Source of the DNA: an uncultured virus (IMG/VR IMGVR_UViG_3300027793_000064)
Lineage: Duplodnaviria > Heunggongvirae > Uroviricota > Caudoviricetes
Strand: one strand, 5' to 3'
Virus record (IMG/VR): IMGVR_UViG_3300027793_000064
DNA length: 64,000 nt
The notes beneath the pieces were generated by a model. That model was given only the letters and a program-made list of their open reading frames with translations, did not search any database and was not told where the DNA came from. Positions 36,490-46,665 of the stretch are shown here, in pieces (positions within the stretch are counted from its first letter, which is position 1; each line of letters begins with the position of its first letter). The translations under genes were made by a program, and so were the position numbers.

Positions 36490-37713
36490 TTATTTATTGT
36501 TTAAACTCTTTCTATATTTCTTAATAAAATTTTTAATTTTTTTAGTATCACTCATACGCATTGCATATTCTCTATATGGATCGGTTCCTACTAGTCTTTG
36601 ATCTGCAGGAACTCCGGAGATATTAGTCCATTCTGCCAAATCTTTTATCCAAGACTTAAACATAATCCCATCTTCAGTCACACAAATCAAATAGTTAGGA
36701 CCACGACGAGTGACTTTACCAACTAAACCGGTGTTTAGATTTTCTACTACATCATCAACTTTAAATATCTTTTCTTGGTAATATTGTTCTCTCAGTCCCA
36801 ATAAATCTAATTTTGGCGCATATTCCCAGACTTCTTGTACTTCTTTTGGTGCTTTCTTTCCAAGCATAGTTCGCTGGACCGCAAAGAACATTGCCTGAGA
36901 ATCTTTATCTTTCATTCTTTTTGGCACTCCAGTTCTAAATAGCTGGAAATTGTCATCAACTGCAGCTTTTCTAAGTTTAGATGCCGACATACCAGAAACT
37001 CCATCGGCATCTGGATCTCTCGGACCAGCAGGAACTACATTAATCTCATCAAAAGAATATATCTGCCCATTATATTGGCCTGCCAATCTTTCAAATTCTG
37101 GTAATCTTTCTGATCCAACAACAATATTGACTTTTTTATATCCATCTTCATTTGCGGCAACTAAGACATCAAATATTGTTTTCATTTTGTCATCGTTAAC
37201 GATGTTTTCCTTGAAGTCCGGAAACATCTTTTTCATATATTTTACTTTGGATGCCGGATCCAATGGATTCTTTTTTGTGTCTTGTGTTCTTGAAGGATAG
37301 ATCTTAAAATCGCCGCCGGTAGCAATTTCTTTTGCTTTTTTGATAAGCTTTTCGTGACCAATTGTTGGTGGATTGAATCTACCAAAAACTACAGTTAAAG
37401 GAACTTCTTTATCTATTTCAGGTGGTGCTGGTTCTTGTTTTGGTGGTTTTATTCCTAGTCTTTCTTTTGGTGAAGGGGGTGGTTCTATGGCTCTTTCTGC
37501 AGTTCTTGGGCCTTTTGGTTCTGGCTCTGGTTTTTCTGGAGATGGACTCTTTTTACGAAGCATCTCCAAATCGCCACCAACTGTTTGTGCTATTACCTTT
37601 CCACTTCTGTCCACCCAGTTCCCATGTCCATCAGAAGTCAAGCCAAGGCGATATGCCTTTTCTGATGCTCTGGATCCTCGAAATTCTAATATAAATTGCG
37701 AAAACTTTTTCAT
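36490..37713 (-). CDS. Cytidylyltransferase-like nucleotidyltransferase
   Basis: FGRFNPPTIGH (HIGH-like), VVGSER, MSASKLR. Confidence 0.85.
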   Translation of the reverse strand: MKKFSQFILEFRGSRASEKAYRLGLTSDGHGNWVDRSGKVIAQTVGGDLEMLRKKSPSPEKPEPEPKGPRTAERAIEPPPSPKERLGIKPPKQEPAPPEIDKEVPLTVVFGRFNPPTIGHEKLIKKAKEIATGGDFKIYPSRTQDTKKNPLDPASKVKYMKKMFPDFKENIVNDDKMKTIFDVLVAANEDGYKKVNIVVGSERLPEFERLAGQYNGQIYSFDEINVVPAGPRDPDADGVSGMSASKLRKAAVDDNFQLFRTGVPKRMKDKDSQAMFFAVQRTMLGKKAPKEVQEVWEYAPKLDLLGLREQYYQEKIFKVDDVVENLNTGLVGKVTRRGPNYLICVTEDGIMFKSWIKDLAEWTNISGVPADQRLVGTDPYREYAMRMSDTKKIKNFIKKYRKSLNNK

Positions 37714-37752
37714 TCTTGTGTGGAATTCCTTATTTATTTATTTTGTTTACAA

Positions 37753-38382
37753 TCAACCTCTTGGTGGATTACTATCATCACTATATCTTGTAGATCTTCT
37801 TCTTGTGGATCTAGTTCCGGGAGCAACTGCCCTATTTCGGTCATCTGTAGTTTGAATTACAGATTTTCCTGGTTTTATTTGATCACCTTTTCTAAGAATA
37901 TCATAAGTTAATGGTTTTCCTTGTGAAGCTAATGGCTGTCTTCCACCTGGACCAACAAATGTTGGAGAGGCAGTTGGTCTTTTTGCTTCTGATTCTCTAC
38001 CTGCTCCCGTTGATCTATTCCTTCTCAAAATAGCATCTGCTTGTTGTCCAGTTCTTTGTTGTGCTGTAGTTTCCCTTCCTTGTCCTGGAGTAGATAAATT
38101 CATAGTTCTAGATTGTACTCTACCCCCAGAAGACGATGCTCCTCTACTTCTTATTCCAGCTCTGATTTCAGCAGATGTATCTACATTATTTTGTGGTATT
38201 CCCAACATTCTTCTTCTTTCTTGTGATGCTGCTCTTTTTGCGGCTTTCTCTTCTGGAGTTAATACTTCGTTTATAAGTTCATTATACCAATCATCACTAA
38301 CTACCTTTAATATTTTTAATGCCGATACTATATCATCAGCAAATCTATTTTCTACTAGGTATTCAGCGATGTATAATTCCAT
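37753..38382 (-). CDS. Hypothetical late protein with acidic N-domain and Arg-rich tail
   Basis: ORF track; TATAAATA at 38408-38415. Confidence 0.75.
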   Translation of the reverse strand: MELYIAEYLVENRFADDIVSALKILKVVSDDWYNELINEVLTPEEKAAKRAASQERRRMLGIPQNNVDTSAEIRAGIRSRGASSSGGRVQSRTMNLSTPGQGRETTAQQRTGQQADAILRRNRSTGAGRESEAKRPTASPTFVGPGGRQPLASQGKPLTYDILRKGDQIKPGKSVIQTTDDRNRAVAPGTRSTRRRSTRYSDDSNPPRG

Positions 38383-38407
38383 TATTTTAATATTAGAACT
38401 TTTTTAC

Positions 38408-38439
38408 TATTTATAAAAAAAACCTCCCGAAGGAGGTTC
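38408..38439 (-). terminator. Terminator fused to a late promoter
   Basis: AACCTCC-TTCG-GGAGGTT-TTTTT-TATAAATA. Confidence 0.85.
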
Positions 38440-38442
38440 AAA

Positions 38443-38619
38443 TCAAACAATAATTTTTTCCAATTCTTGATCTAATTGTACTAAGAGAGATCGAAGTCTT
38501 TCAATTCGTTCTGGAACGAATTCTTTACTATATCCCGCAGTTGATGCATCTAGGACTTGTAGGAGTTCTAGTCCGGTTTTTGCGTCAATTTTTAATGTTA
38601 GTTGTTTTTGTTTTGCCAT
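38443..38619 (-). CDS. Small hypothetical protein (58 aa)
   Basis: MAKQKQLTLKIDAK...PERIERLR read manually. Confidence 0.6.
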   Translation of the reverse strand: MAKQKQLTLKIDAKTGLELLQVLDASTAGYSKEFVPERIERLRSLLVQLDQELEKIIV

Positions 38620-39036
38620 TCAAACATCTCCTTCTTTGCGATTTTCAGAACGATATACATCAAATGTTCCTTCCGGATAACGAGCACTCAACTTTTCGTA
38701 ATTCATTTGAAGAATCTCATCAAATGTAGTATCAAGTGCCATACATGCTTGAGCAAGATACCAACAAAGGTCTCCTAATTCTCGTTTCATATGAAAAACA
38801 TTTTCTTCGTTATATGGTTTTCCTTGTAGAAAAATTTTCTTTACCACTTCAGTAAATTCACCTGCTTCGGCACTCAGTCCATAAGCAGCGGTCATAAGAC
38901 GAGGGATATCGGCATCTTGTGCTTCCAACTCTGATAACCTAGAAAGAAGAGCAGAAAAGTCAGAACTAGCAGAACTTGTAGTTTGGCGAACAAAATCAAT
39001 GTACTTGTCATTATCAATTTTTTGATCATTTTTCAT
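38620..39036 (-). CDS. mazG: MazG-like nucleoside triphosphate pyrophosphohydrolase
   Basis: GLSAEAGEF, RELGDLCWY, KLSARYP. Confidence 0.9.
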   Translation of the reverse strand: MKNDQKIDNDKYIDFVRQTTSSASSDFSALLSRLSELEAQDADIPRLMTAAYGLSAEAGEFTEVVKKIFLQGKPYNEENVFHMKRELGDLCWYLAQACMALDTTFDEILQMNYEKLSARYPEGTFDVYRSENRKEGDV

Positions 39037-40418
39037 CAGAAAGTAAAGCTCCTAAATTTTTGTTTGAAATCAGATTGGTGTTCCTCGTCATTATACTCTT
39101 CTTCCTGTCCGGAGTCAAGTATGTCCTTTTGTGCTGATTGATCAACATCATAAAGACGCATCTTTGACCTATCGATACCAATGACAAATTTTTTATAGGT
39201 TGATTTGTCACTATATCTATTTTTTAGTTGCTTGACCAAAATTTGATTTAATTGCTCTAATTCATCAGTTGATATCAAAGCAAAAAGAAAATCGGCAGTC
39301 GCTGGGAGACCAAAAGACTCAGAGGTATCGGTCAATTCTGGATCAGAGGAAGCAAATCCAGATCTAGTAGTTTGTGTGGCACTCATAATTGGAACATTAA
39401 ATTCTACCGCAAGACCCCTAAGTTCTTCTGCAATAGATTTTACATATGAGTATGAGTTCACAGAAATATTCCCTTTGTACCTACTAGATGAGCATATGTT
39501 CAAATAATCAATAAAAATCACATCAGGTTTAAATGATTTTTTAAGTGCTAGCTCATTTAATAGTGCTTTAAAGTGCCCAGCATGGGCAGATGCAGTCGGA
39601 TATTCTTTAATAATCAAAGATCCCTGAGTCTTCTTTGAAATGTTATTAATTTTACTTTCAAATGTAGATTTAGTTAGATCTTTAATATCTTTAATGTTTA
39701 CATTCATTTGATTTGCATCAATTCGCTCAGCAATTTTTTCCTCTGCCATTTCAAGCGTAATGTATAGTACATTCCGTCCTTGGAGCAAGTAGGAGCCAGC
39801 CACATGGCACATGAATAAAGATTTGCCGACATTTGTACCAGCAAGTGCGATGTTAAGAGTTTTAGGAGAGAGCCCACCATTCGTAATTTTGTTAAAGTAA
39901 TCCAGATCAAATTCAAGTTTATTCTCCTTTCTATTATAATACTCATAGCGTTGATCATAATCTTGAAGGTAATCATGACCAACATGATTATCAAAACTTA
40001 CCGATAATGCATCTGATAAAATTGATGGTATGGAATCTCTGTTTTTATCTTCATTTTTACCGTCAGCAATTTGAATAGACTCCATAAGTGCAAGATAAAT
40101 TGCCCTATCTCTACACCATTTTTCAGTAGTGTCAATCAACCACTGAAGTTCTGCTGGAGAATTGTCAAAAGAATCTATAATTGATACTATCTCTTTATAA
40201 AAAGTTTCATTTAGATCTGTTCTTTTGTCTACCTCAATTAATAATGCTTCCTTAGTGGCTGGTTTATTATATTCATTAATGAAAGAGTATATCTCATCAA
40301 AAATAATTTTTAGGTTATAATCTTGAAAATAATCCTTCCGTAAAAAAGGAAGTACTTTCCTAATGTAGTCTTCATTGTAAATTAGATTCCTTAAAATTAA
40401 AAGCTCAATTTTTTCCAT
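39036..40418 (-). CDS. gp41: Replicative DNA helicase (T4 gp41)
   Basis: AGTNVGKS, IDYLNI, SATQTTR, QLKNRY. Confidence 0.95.
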   Translation of the reverse strand: MEKIELLILRNLIYNEDYIRKVLPFLRKDYFQDYNLKIIFDEIYSFINEYNKPATKEALLIEVDKRTDLNETFYKEIVSIIDSFDNSPAELQWLIDTTEKWCRDRAIYLALMESIQIADGKNEDKNRDSIPSILSDALSVSFDNHVGHDYLQDYDQRYEYYNRKENKLEFDLDYFNKITNGGLSPKTLNIALAGTNVGKSLFMCHVAGSYLLQGRNVLYITLEMAEEKIAERIDANQMNVNIKDIKDLTKSTFESKINNISKKTQGSLIIKEYPTASAHAGHFKALLNELALKKSFKPDVIFIDYLNICSSSRYKGNISVNSYSYVKSIAEELRGLAVEFNVPIMSATQTTRSGFASSDPELTDTSESFGLPATADFLFALISTDELEQLNQILVKQLKNRYSDKSTYKKFVIGIDRSKMRLYDVDQSAQKDILDSGQEEEYNDEEHQSDFKQKFRSFTF

Positions 40419-41422
40419 TAATTACCATAACTAAATTGTGACTTTGCAATTTCATCAAGCTTTTGCATTATTTCATCAGTGAAATATTCTTCTGGATTTG
40501 CTAATATTTGCTTACCATATATCTTCTTTCCATTGATTTCATAACGACCTGCTTTGTTTTCCCAAAGTCCACCAAGTTCTCCAAGTTCGAGAAGCCCATA
40601 ATATCTGTCCAAACCACGCTCATCATAAAACAAACGAACCTCCACATCTTTGTTTTCTTTACTCAAACGAGACTTGGCAGTTTTTGCTTTAATAATGTTT
40701 CCGACAATTTCTGTCCCATCTTTTTCTTTTTTCTTGCTGAGATATACGATAGTGGAAGCGGCATACTTAAGACCACTACCACCACCCATCTCTTTAGTAG
40801 GAACATAAGCACCAATGACATCATAAGTATGATTAGTAACAATCATTGGAATTTTTGCTTGTCCAAGTTTCAATGTAAGCATACGAAATGCTCCTTTAAT
40901 CAATTGAGATTTGGTCATGTCCCGAACTTCCTTATCATTCAGTGCATCATTAATCTCCTTACTTGTGGAAAGCATTCCCAAAGAGTCTAACACAAACATA
41001 CAAGGATTGCGTTCCCCTTCAGGTTTTTTCATATACATATCTACTGCCTTGAGTGCCGTTCCACGAAACTCTTCAACAGTAACAACATTGACAACCACAA
41101 GACGAGAAGTATCAATTCCACGAGATTCTAGGAGAGATTTGGTAATAGCAGCTTCAGTATCAAAGTAGAGGCAATAACCATTGGGATTATTATCGAGGAA
41201 ATTCTTAACAACGGCGAGACTGAAGAAAGTTTTTCCAGTACTAGACTCTCCAGCAATAGCAGTAATCTTATTCCCAGATACGCCGCCAAATATACTACCT
41301 GAAACCAGTGCATTAAAAATATATGAACCCGTGTCAACATAAGTCTCAGTCTCATCAATTTCGGAAGCAAGTTGCGTATACTCGCCACCGATTTCTTTTA
41401 CAATGTCCTTTAAAAAATCCAT
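40418..41422 (-). CDS. uvsX: RecA-like recombinase
   Basis: GESSTGKT, VLDSLG, MGGGSGL. Confidence 0.95.
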   Translation of the reverse strand: MDFLKDIVKEIGGEYTQLASEIDETETYVDTGSYIFNALVSGSIFGGVSGNKITAIAGESSTGKTFFSLAVVKNFLDNNPNGYCLYFDTEAAITKSLLESRGIDTSRLVVVNVVTVEEFRGTALKAVDMYMKKPEGERNPCMFVLDSLGMLSTSKEINDALNDKEVRDMTKSQLIKGAFRMLTLKLGQAKIPMIVTNHTYDVIGAYVPTKEMGGGSGLKYAASTIVYLSKKKEKDGTEIVGNIIKAKTAKSRLSKENKDVEVRLFYDERGLDRYYGLLELGELGGLWENKAGRYEINGKKIYGKQILANPEEYFTDEIMQKLDEIAKSQFSYGN

Positions 41423-41452
41423 AAGTTTCTCCTTAGTAATTCCAATATACCA

Positions 41453-43957
41453 CTAAACAAAAAAAGAATCAAGTGTTGTTTTTTTCTCAATATTCCAACC
41501 AATAATATCTAGAATCGCTCTCAATGGTTTGAGGAAGGTCTTTTCAAACTGCATTTCATAATCTACATATTTTTTTAGTTCAAACTCTGGAGGCAAAGTT
41601 TGAATAAAAGCAATTACATTTTCGTGAATTGGATTTGGTAATTTGAGATAACAAAACTTAATTTTTTCTCCATTTTTAATCATTGAATATTTTTTCTGTA
41701 GCTTATATTCTTTGATGTAATGATTATAGAGAATTGATCCTCTAACATGAATTGGCGTAGACTTGACATACATAGTCAAATTAGATTTAAATTTTGTCAA
41801 TTCATTTACTGACTTGGGAAAAGAAACTTCTTCCGGAGTCAATTCGAAAAAATCTCTTCTTGCAGTCGAAATGAAATCAATCAATTCATCTTCAGTCGAT
41901 GTCATAATAAGCTTAATTGCTTTTTTAATCCTATCTCGACAGAAAGCAGGAGTAGAAGATCTAATAGCTTCGATTCCAGTCATAGCCAGCTCTGGCTCTG
42001 AATATCTTACTCCCTCATTGTCCCAAACATTAGCAATGTATCTTTTTTTAGAAATAAAAACTGCTCGATCAGTTATCTTTTCTCGTTTCATATGCAATTT
42101 GTGTGCATATGCATTCAGATATTCTGCTAGTTCTTTATAAGAACAATCAACATATTCTTGAATTTTTGTAGAGAAAATTTGATCCAGAAAATCAATAATT
42201 TCCAATTTGGATGGATTTTTGTTTTTATAAATCATGTCCACTAATGGCTTCATGTTCAAAAATGCAGAATCAGTGTCACAATACACAACATAATCAGTAT
42301 CTTCAGTTTTCAAAATTTTATTGAGATACTGATTGAATTTCATTTCAATCCAACGAATTGCTAGCTGTCCAGTGTAAGTTACTGCCTCTGCGTTTCTCAG
42401 ATCATAAAACCTAAAATATGGATTCCCAGTTGCACCATAGCAAGAATTCAAACAAACTTTAATTGATTGCTCCTTAACACTATACATCGAAATTTGCTTC
42501 TTGAGTTTAACTTCATGAGTTTTTTCATACTCCTTTTTCAACTCTTTCATCTTATCTTTGTATAGTTTCCTTTTCTGGAACATCTTATCAAGAAGTTCAG
42601 GAAGAAATCCCATTTTATCTTTTTTATACATTGATCCATTTGGACAAACAGAATATTGACAATCTGTTGGTATCCGTGTGGTTTTATCCAAGATAGAATC
42701 AATTGATATATTAGAAAATCGTTTCTCAACTAATGTGTCTGGACTTATATTCAATCCCATCATAATATGAGGATAAAGAGAAGTTAAGTCCATGCTTACA
42801 ACATAATCATAAGAACCAGGAATCGGCTCTTTTACAAATGCACCCACAAATTTGTCTGACTTCTCTTTCCCCTCGCCTTTCAATGGGATCACAATATTTT
42901 TACGACGAAGGTAGTTGTAAATGATAGTATCCCACATTCTAACCTGATAGAAAACATCTTCAAAATTAGTTTTAGAATCATATGCGAGCATGATTGCCAA
43001 TTCAACCATGTGAAGCTTATCTTCTAGTTTGTTGACGAGTTCAGTGTCAATGACATTATATTCTACGAATGTGTCCCAATCACTATCATAAAAATCCTTA
43101 AAAGTTTCATATTGACTATGATCCAATTTATTTTGACCTAGCTCATTAAATGCAATCGTATCTAGTCTAAAGTTTTCAGGTTTTTTGAATGAATATTTTT
43201 TATATAGATCGAAATAATCTATAATAGATACTCCAAAAATATCATAGATTGTTTGTTTTTCGCCTATTCTAACTTCAACTTGCTTATCGGAAATCCAGTT
43301 ATAAGGAGACAACTTTCTCGTTTCTTTTTCTCCTATTAATCTGTACATCCTACCAATGATGTAAGCAAAGTCATAGTATAGACAATTCCAACCAGTAACG
43401 ATCTCTGGTGTATTGTTTTGCCAAAAATCAAGAAAAGAATAAATTAGAGCAGTTTCATCTACACAATAAAAATACTTATGATTTTCTAGTTTTTTTCCGA
43501 ATTTCCTGGTTCCCCAAGTATAGATTTTTTTCGATACATAATCTTGGATTGTAATCAGTAAAATTTCTTCATCACAAGTTTTTGGGTCAGGGAATCCATT
43601 TTCAGAAGAAACCTCAATATCTATTGCCCAAATAGAAATTCTAGAAATGTCATAATCAATTTGTTCTTCCGAATAATTGTCTGAAATATACTGATAGATT
43701 GGAGTTTCATTTCCATAAATTTTAAATCCCTCTACATCTTTATACTTATCAACATATTCTCTAGATTCTTTGATCGTTCCTGGTTGAATTGGTTTTACAC
43801 ATTTTCCATCTAATGTCTTATATTCTGTTTTTACATTAGATGAAACATAAAAGGTAGGATGATAATCTACCGTTTGAGTGAATTTTTCTCCATTTTCATA
43901 CCCTCGAACATAGATCTTATTCCCGAGTTGTTTGACATTTGTGTACCAACGCATCAC
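41453..43957 (-). CDS. gp43: Family B DNA polymerase (T4 gp43)
   Basis: DIE exonuclease motif, DLTSLYP, KVCLNSCYG, YCDTDS. Confidence 0.97.
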   Translation of the reverse strand: MMRWYTNVKQLGNKIYVRGYENGEKFTQTVDYHPTFYVSSNVKTEYKTLDGKCVKPIQPGTIKESREYVDKYKDVEGFKIYGNETPIYQYISDNYSEEQIDYDISRISIWAIDIEVSSENGFPDPKTCDEEILLITIQDYVSKKIYTWGTRKFGKKLENHKYFYCVDETALIYSFLDFWQNNTPEIVTGWNCLYYDFAYIIGRMYRLIGEKETRKLSPYNWISDKQVEVRIGEKQTIYDIFGVSIIDYFDLYKKYSFKKPENFRLDTIAFNELGQNKLDHSQYETFKDFYDSDWDTFVEYNVIDTELVNKLEDKLHMVELAIMLAYDSKTNFEDVFYQVRMWDTIIYNYLRRKNIVIPLKGEGKEKSDKFVGAFVKEPIPGSYDYVVSMDLTSLYPHIMMGLNISPDTLVEKRFSNISIDSILDKTTRIPTDCQYSVCPNGSMYKKDKMGFLPELLDKMFQKRKLYKDKMKELKKEYEKTHEVKLKKQISMYSVKEQSIKVCLNSCYGATGNPYFRFYDLRNAEAVTYTGQLAIRWIEMKFNQYLNKILKTEDTDYVVYCDTDSAFLNMKPLVDMIYKNKNPSKLEIIDFLDQIFSTKIQEYVDCSYKELAEYLNAYAHKLHMKREKITDRAVFISKKRYIANVWDNEGVRYSEPELAMTGIEAIRSSTPAFCRDRIKKAIKLIMTSTEDELIDFISTARRDFFELTPEEVSFPKSVNELTKFKSNLTMYVKSTPIHVRGSILYNHYIKEYKLQKKYSMIKNGEKIKFCYLKLPNPIHENVIAFIQTLPPEFELKKYVDYEMQFEKTFLKPLRAILDIIGWNIEKKTTLDSFFV

Positions 43958-44250
43958 TTTCTAATTAGAATTTTGTATTTATCGAGAATTGAAGTTTTTG
44001 GGTCAATGATTGTAAGTATTTTATCTGAGCTCATTAAAAATACTTTTTGTTCTGTTACTTCCATTAGCCATGGTCTTAGCGTAATTGTTTCCAAAAGTTT
44101 ATCAGTAACAATTAGATATGGGTCAGAAAGTTTACAATTTGGTTCTCCTATATCTGCTACCACTTCTTCAATTTTAGCTATTAGTCTTTGCCCATTTTCT
44201 AAGACTAACAATTTTACAAATTCATTAGACTCAATGGCTGCCTCTTCCAT
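43954..44250 (-). CDS. Hypothetical protein
   Basis: ORF track; between hsp20 and gp43. Confidence 0.75.
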   Translation of the reverse strand: MEEAAIESNEFVKLLVLENGQRLIAKIEEVVADIGEPNCKLSDPYLIVTDKLLETITLRPWLMEVTEQKVFLMSSDKILTIIDPKTSILDKYKILIRK

Positions 44251-44271
44251 GGTAATGCCTCAACAGCCCCC

Positions 44272-44322
44272 ATTATAGCACAAAAAAATGGGGGAGTCAA
44301 CTGGATTTTGCCAGTTCTCCCC
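44272..44322 (-). promoter_or_regulatory. hsp20 terminator overlapping a sigma70 promoter for the gp43 operon
   Basis: GGGGAG-AACTGG...CCAGTT-GACTCCCC-ATTTTTTT containing TTGACT-N17-TATAAT. Confidence 0.7.
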
Positions 44323-44349
44323 TTTGCGCCGACGATATTCAATTACTAT

Positions 44350-44781
44350 TTAGAACCAAATTTTTTTCTTTTGGTGCTCTGGTACTATCTTTACTAATTT
44401 AACAGAAAGAAGTCCATCATCAAATGTCACTTCTTTAACTTCAACATCATCAGATATAGTCCAAGATCTGGTGAATGCTCTTTGTGCCAAGCCATGATGG
44501 ACATATTCTTTTCCGGAATCTAATTCCTTTTCACCTTCAATGAATAATTTATTGTTCTCTGTGTATACCGTAATTTGATTTTTCTTGAATCCGGCAAGAG
44601 CAAGTTCTAACCTAAATTCTGTGTTGCTTTCTTTAATGACATTGTATGGAGGGTAGTTTGATTCTGTCTGATGTAATGCACCAAACCTGTGGAACCATTC
44701 GTCCATTCCAATAGAATATTTTTCAACATCATTTAAAAATTTTTCAATATTTCCAGTATTATATTGAACTAATGCGTTCAT
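44350..44781 (-). CDS. hsp20: Small heat-shock protein (IbpA-like)
   Basis: NYPPYN, LAGF, HHGLAQRAF, DGLL. Confidence 0.95.
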   Translation of the reverse strand: MNALVQYNTGNIEKFLNDVEKYSIGMDEWFHRFGALHQTESNYPPYNVIKESNTEFRLELALAGFKKNQITVYTENNKLFIEGEKELDSGKEYVHHGLAQRAFTRSWTISDDVEVKEVTFDDGLLSVKLVKIVPEHQKKKIWF

Positions 44782-44788
44782 TTGTTGT

Positions 44789-44834
44789 CTCCTTTAAAAG
44801 CGAGTGTAGATGTCAAACCCGAAGCATTTGACAT
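44789..44834 (-). promoter_or_regulatory. ROSE-like RNA thermometer candidate
   Basis: CUCGCU pairs with the SD AGGAG with a bulged G; upstream hairpin ATGTCAAA/TTTGACAT. Confidence 0.55.
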
Positions 44835-44887
44835 TACTATTTTATAAGAGGACATAAAAAAAGGGAAGTTCGGAACTCCCCACAATT

Positions 44888-45325
44888 TTATTCGGTTTCC
44901 ATTACTTTTTTCTTAGATCCTATCGAGTATTTCGCCTCAAGAATCCAATCGTCCTTTTCTTTATATGGAAGAACTTTAATTTGATTTAATGGTGCAATAT
45001 CAGAAACTTTATCTGGGTTTACTACCGTGACTAATCCCCAGTCAGATAGAAGTTTAATGATGCGATTGCGACGCTGAACATCATTAACTGTCAGATTAGC
45101 GTGTTTGCCGTCAAGGGCAAAAAGCTCTTTAAAACTCACCAAATAATATTTCCCTTGTTTATGTAAAATATGCACAGATTGGTATAGCTTTTTTTCTTTT
45201 CTGGAAGCAACACCAATTCTAGTTAGAGTTTCTCTTACTTTGAGAAAGTCATCAGGTTCAGATAAAATTATCTCAACCATCATGTCAGGTGTCCATTTTA
45301 CCTGAGGTTCATTAATACTAGTCAT
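44888..45325 (-). CDS. regA: Translational repressor RegA
   Basis: DDFLKVRETLTRIG, HILHKQG, FKELF. Confidence 0.95.
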   Translation of the reverse strand: MTSINEPQVKWTPDMMVEIILSEPDDFLKVRETLTRIGVASRKEKKLYQSVHILHKQGKYYLVSFKELFALDGKHANLTVNDVQRRNRIIKLLSDWGLVTVVNPDKVSDIAPLNQIKVLPYKEKDDWILEAKYSIGSKKKVMETE

Positions 45326-45714
45326 CTCGTTCCACCAATATCAAGTTTAGATTTAATAAAGTTAATTTGATCTTCAGACAGAATTTTCAAAATTTGAGAG
45401 GCTTTCTCGTCATTATATCCATAATATTGTTTTATGTATTCTAAATTCTGTATTTTATCTTTTGTGATCCAAGAAGAAAATCTCTTCTTTTTTCTTATAC
45501 TATTTAGATAAAACAAATATTGCATATCTTTATTAAGACTGCAATTAATATTCATTTCATTTGCAAACAAGATAGTATCAATGTGTGCAGAAAGACATCT
45601 ATTGATAATATATGGTGGATACGATTTGATGTTATCCGAATCACTAAGTATTAGATTTTCTTTTGTCGAATTTATAGAATTCAACCAATCTTTTAATTCA
45701 TATTTTATTTCCAT
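45322..45714 (-). CDS. gp62: Clamp loader small subunit (gp62)
   Basis: YIINRCLS, ANEMN; synteny. Confidence 0.9.
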   Translation of the reverse strand: MEIKYELKDWLNSINSTKENLILSDSDNIKSYPPYIINRCLSAHIDTILFANEMNINCSLNKDMQYLFYLNSIRKKKRFSSWITKDKIQNLEYIKQYYGYNDEKASQILKILSEDQINFIKSKLDIGGTR

Positions 45715-46643
45715 TCTACTTCACACATAATTTCAGTAAGACACGCAAGAAGATTTATTTCGTTATCTGCAACAAAAGCACTCCTATACTGATACTTAGA
45801 AATGACCAGAATTGCTGCTGGTATAGTTGATTCTACAGCAGAATCATATAAACAATCATATACTTTTCTAAGAACAATATTTGGATCATTATCCATATTT
45901 TGGATGACCCATTTGCGGACTTCTGTAAAATTCCTATCTTTTAAGAATTTTACCAATCCCGAAATCTTTACCTCATATACATTTGCTAGTATGCCAGAAT
46001 CGACTTTTCCTCCAGAAGAATATCTCTGTATCTCGTTAAGAGTTCGCCTAAAATCGGGAAAATATTTATTAATCAACCCAACAATAGCTGCAGTCTCGTA
46101 TTCAATTTTTTCTTTGCTGAGAATATCAACAATCCTCTTCATAAAATCTGCTGCTAGTTTTGGCTTTTCTTTTGGTGGAATGGAAAAGTCAATAACTGCA
46201 GCACGAGAATGTAGTGGTGGAATTAATTTATTTTTATAATTACATGTGAAAATAAAAGTACAATTTGTCTGTAGTTCTTCTATCGAAGCCCTCAATGCAA
46301 GCTGTGCATCATTTGTTAAATTATCTGCCTCATCAATTAGTAGTATCTTTTTTCCAGTATTAGAAAGAGATAAAGTAGAAGCATAATTTTTAACTTTATT
46401 TCGAATGACATCAATGGATCTCTCATCAGAGCCATTGATAACCATAAAATCCCTATCTAATTCATTGGCCAAAGCTTTAATAGTAGAAGTTTTCCCAATC
46501 CCAGGCGGACCAGAAAGAATCATGTTTGGAACTTTACCAGAATCTCTAGTCTCAGTAAAAAATTTTTTTATTGATTCTGGTAAAATGCACTGCTCCACTG
46601 CTTGTGGGGCATATTTTTCTACAAAAATAAAATCACGGTTCAT
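45705..46643 (-). CDS. gp44: Clamp loader large subunit (gp44)
   Basis: EKYAP, GPPGIGKT, IDEAD, FPDFR. Confidence 0.95.
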   Translation of the reverse strand: MNRDFIFVEKYAPQAVEQCILPESIKKFFTETRDSGKVPNMILSGPPGIGKTSTIKALANELDRDFMVINGSDERSIDVIRNKVKNYASTLSLSNTGKKILLIDEADNLTNDAQLALRASIEELQTNCTFIFTCNYKNKLIPPLHSRAAVIDFSIPPKEKPKLAADFMKRIVDILSKEKIEYETAAIVGLINKYFPDFRRTLNEIQRYSSGGKVDSGILANVYEVKISGLVKFLKDRNFTEVRKWVIQNMDNDPNIVLRKVYDCLYDSAVESTIPAAILVISKYQYRSAFVADNEINLLACLTEIMCEVEWK

Positions 46644-46665
46644 AATTAATCAATTCAAATTTTAT

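Noticed and set aside
35030..37855. Long plus-strand ORFs antisense to low-complexity genes
   Set aside because: Mirror translations of Ala/Lys/Pro-rich minus-strand genes
27953..43957. Inteins or introns in nrdA, nrdB, gp41, uvsX or gp43
   Set aside because: Lengths are ordinary, frames are continuous and no intein motifs were seen
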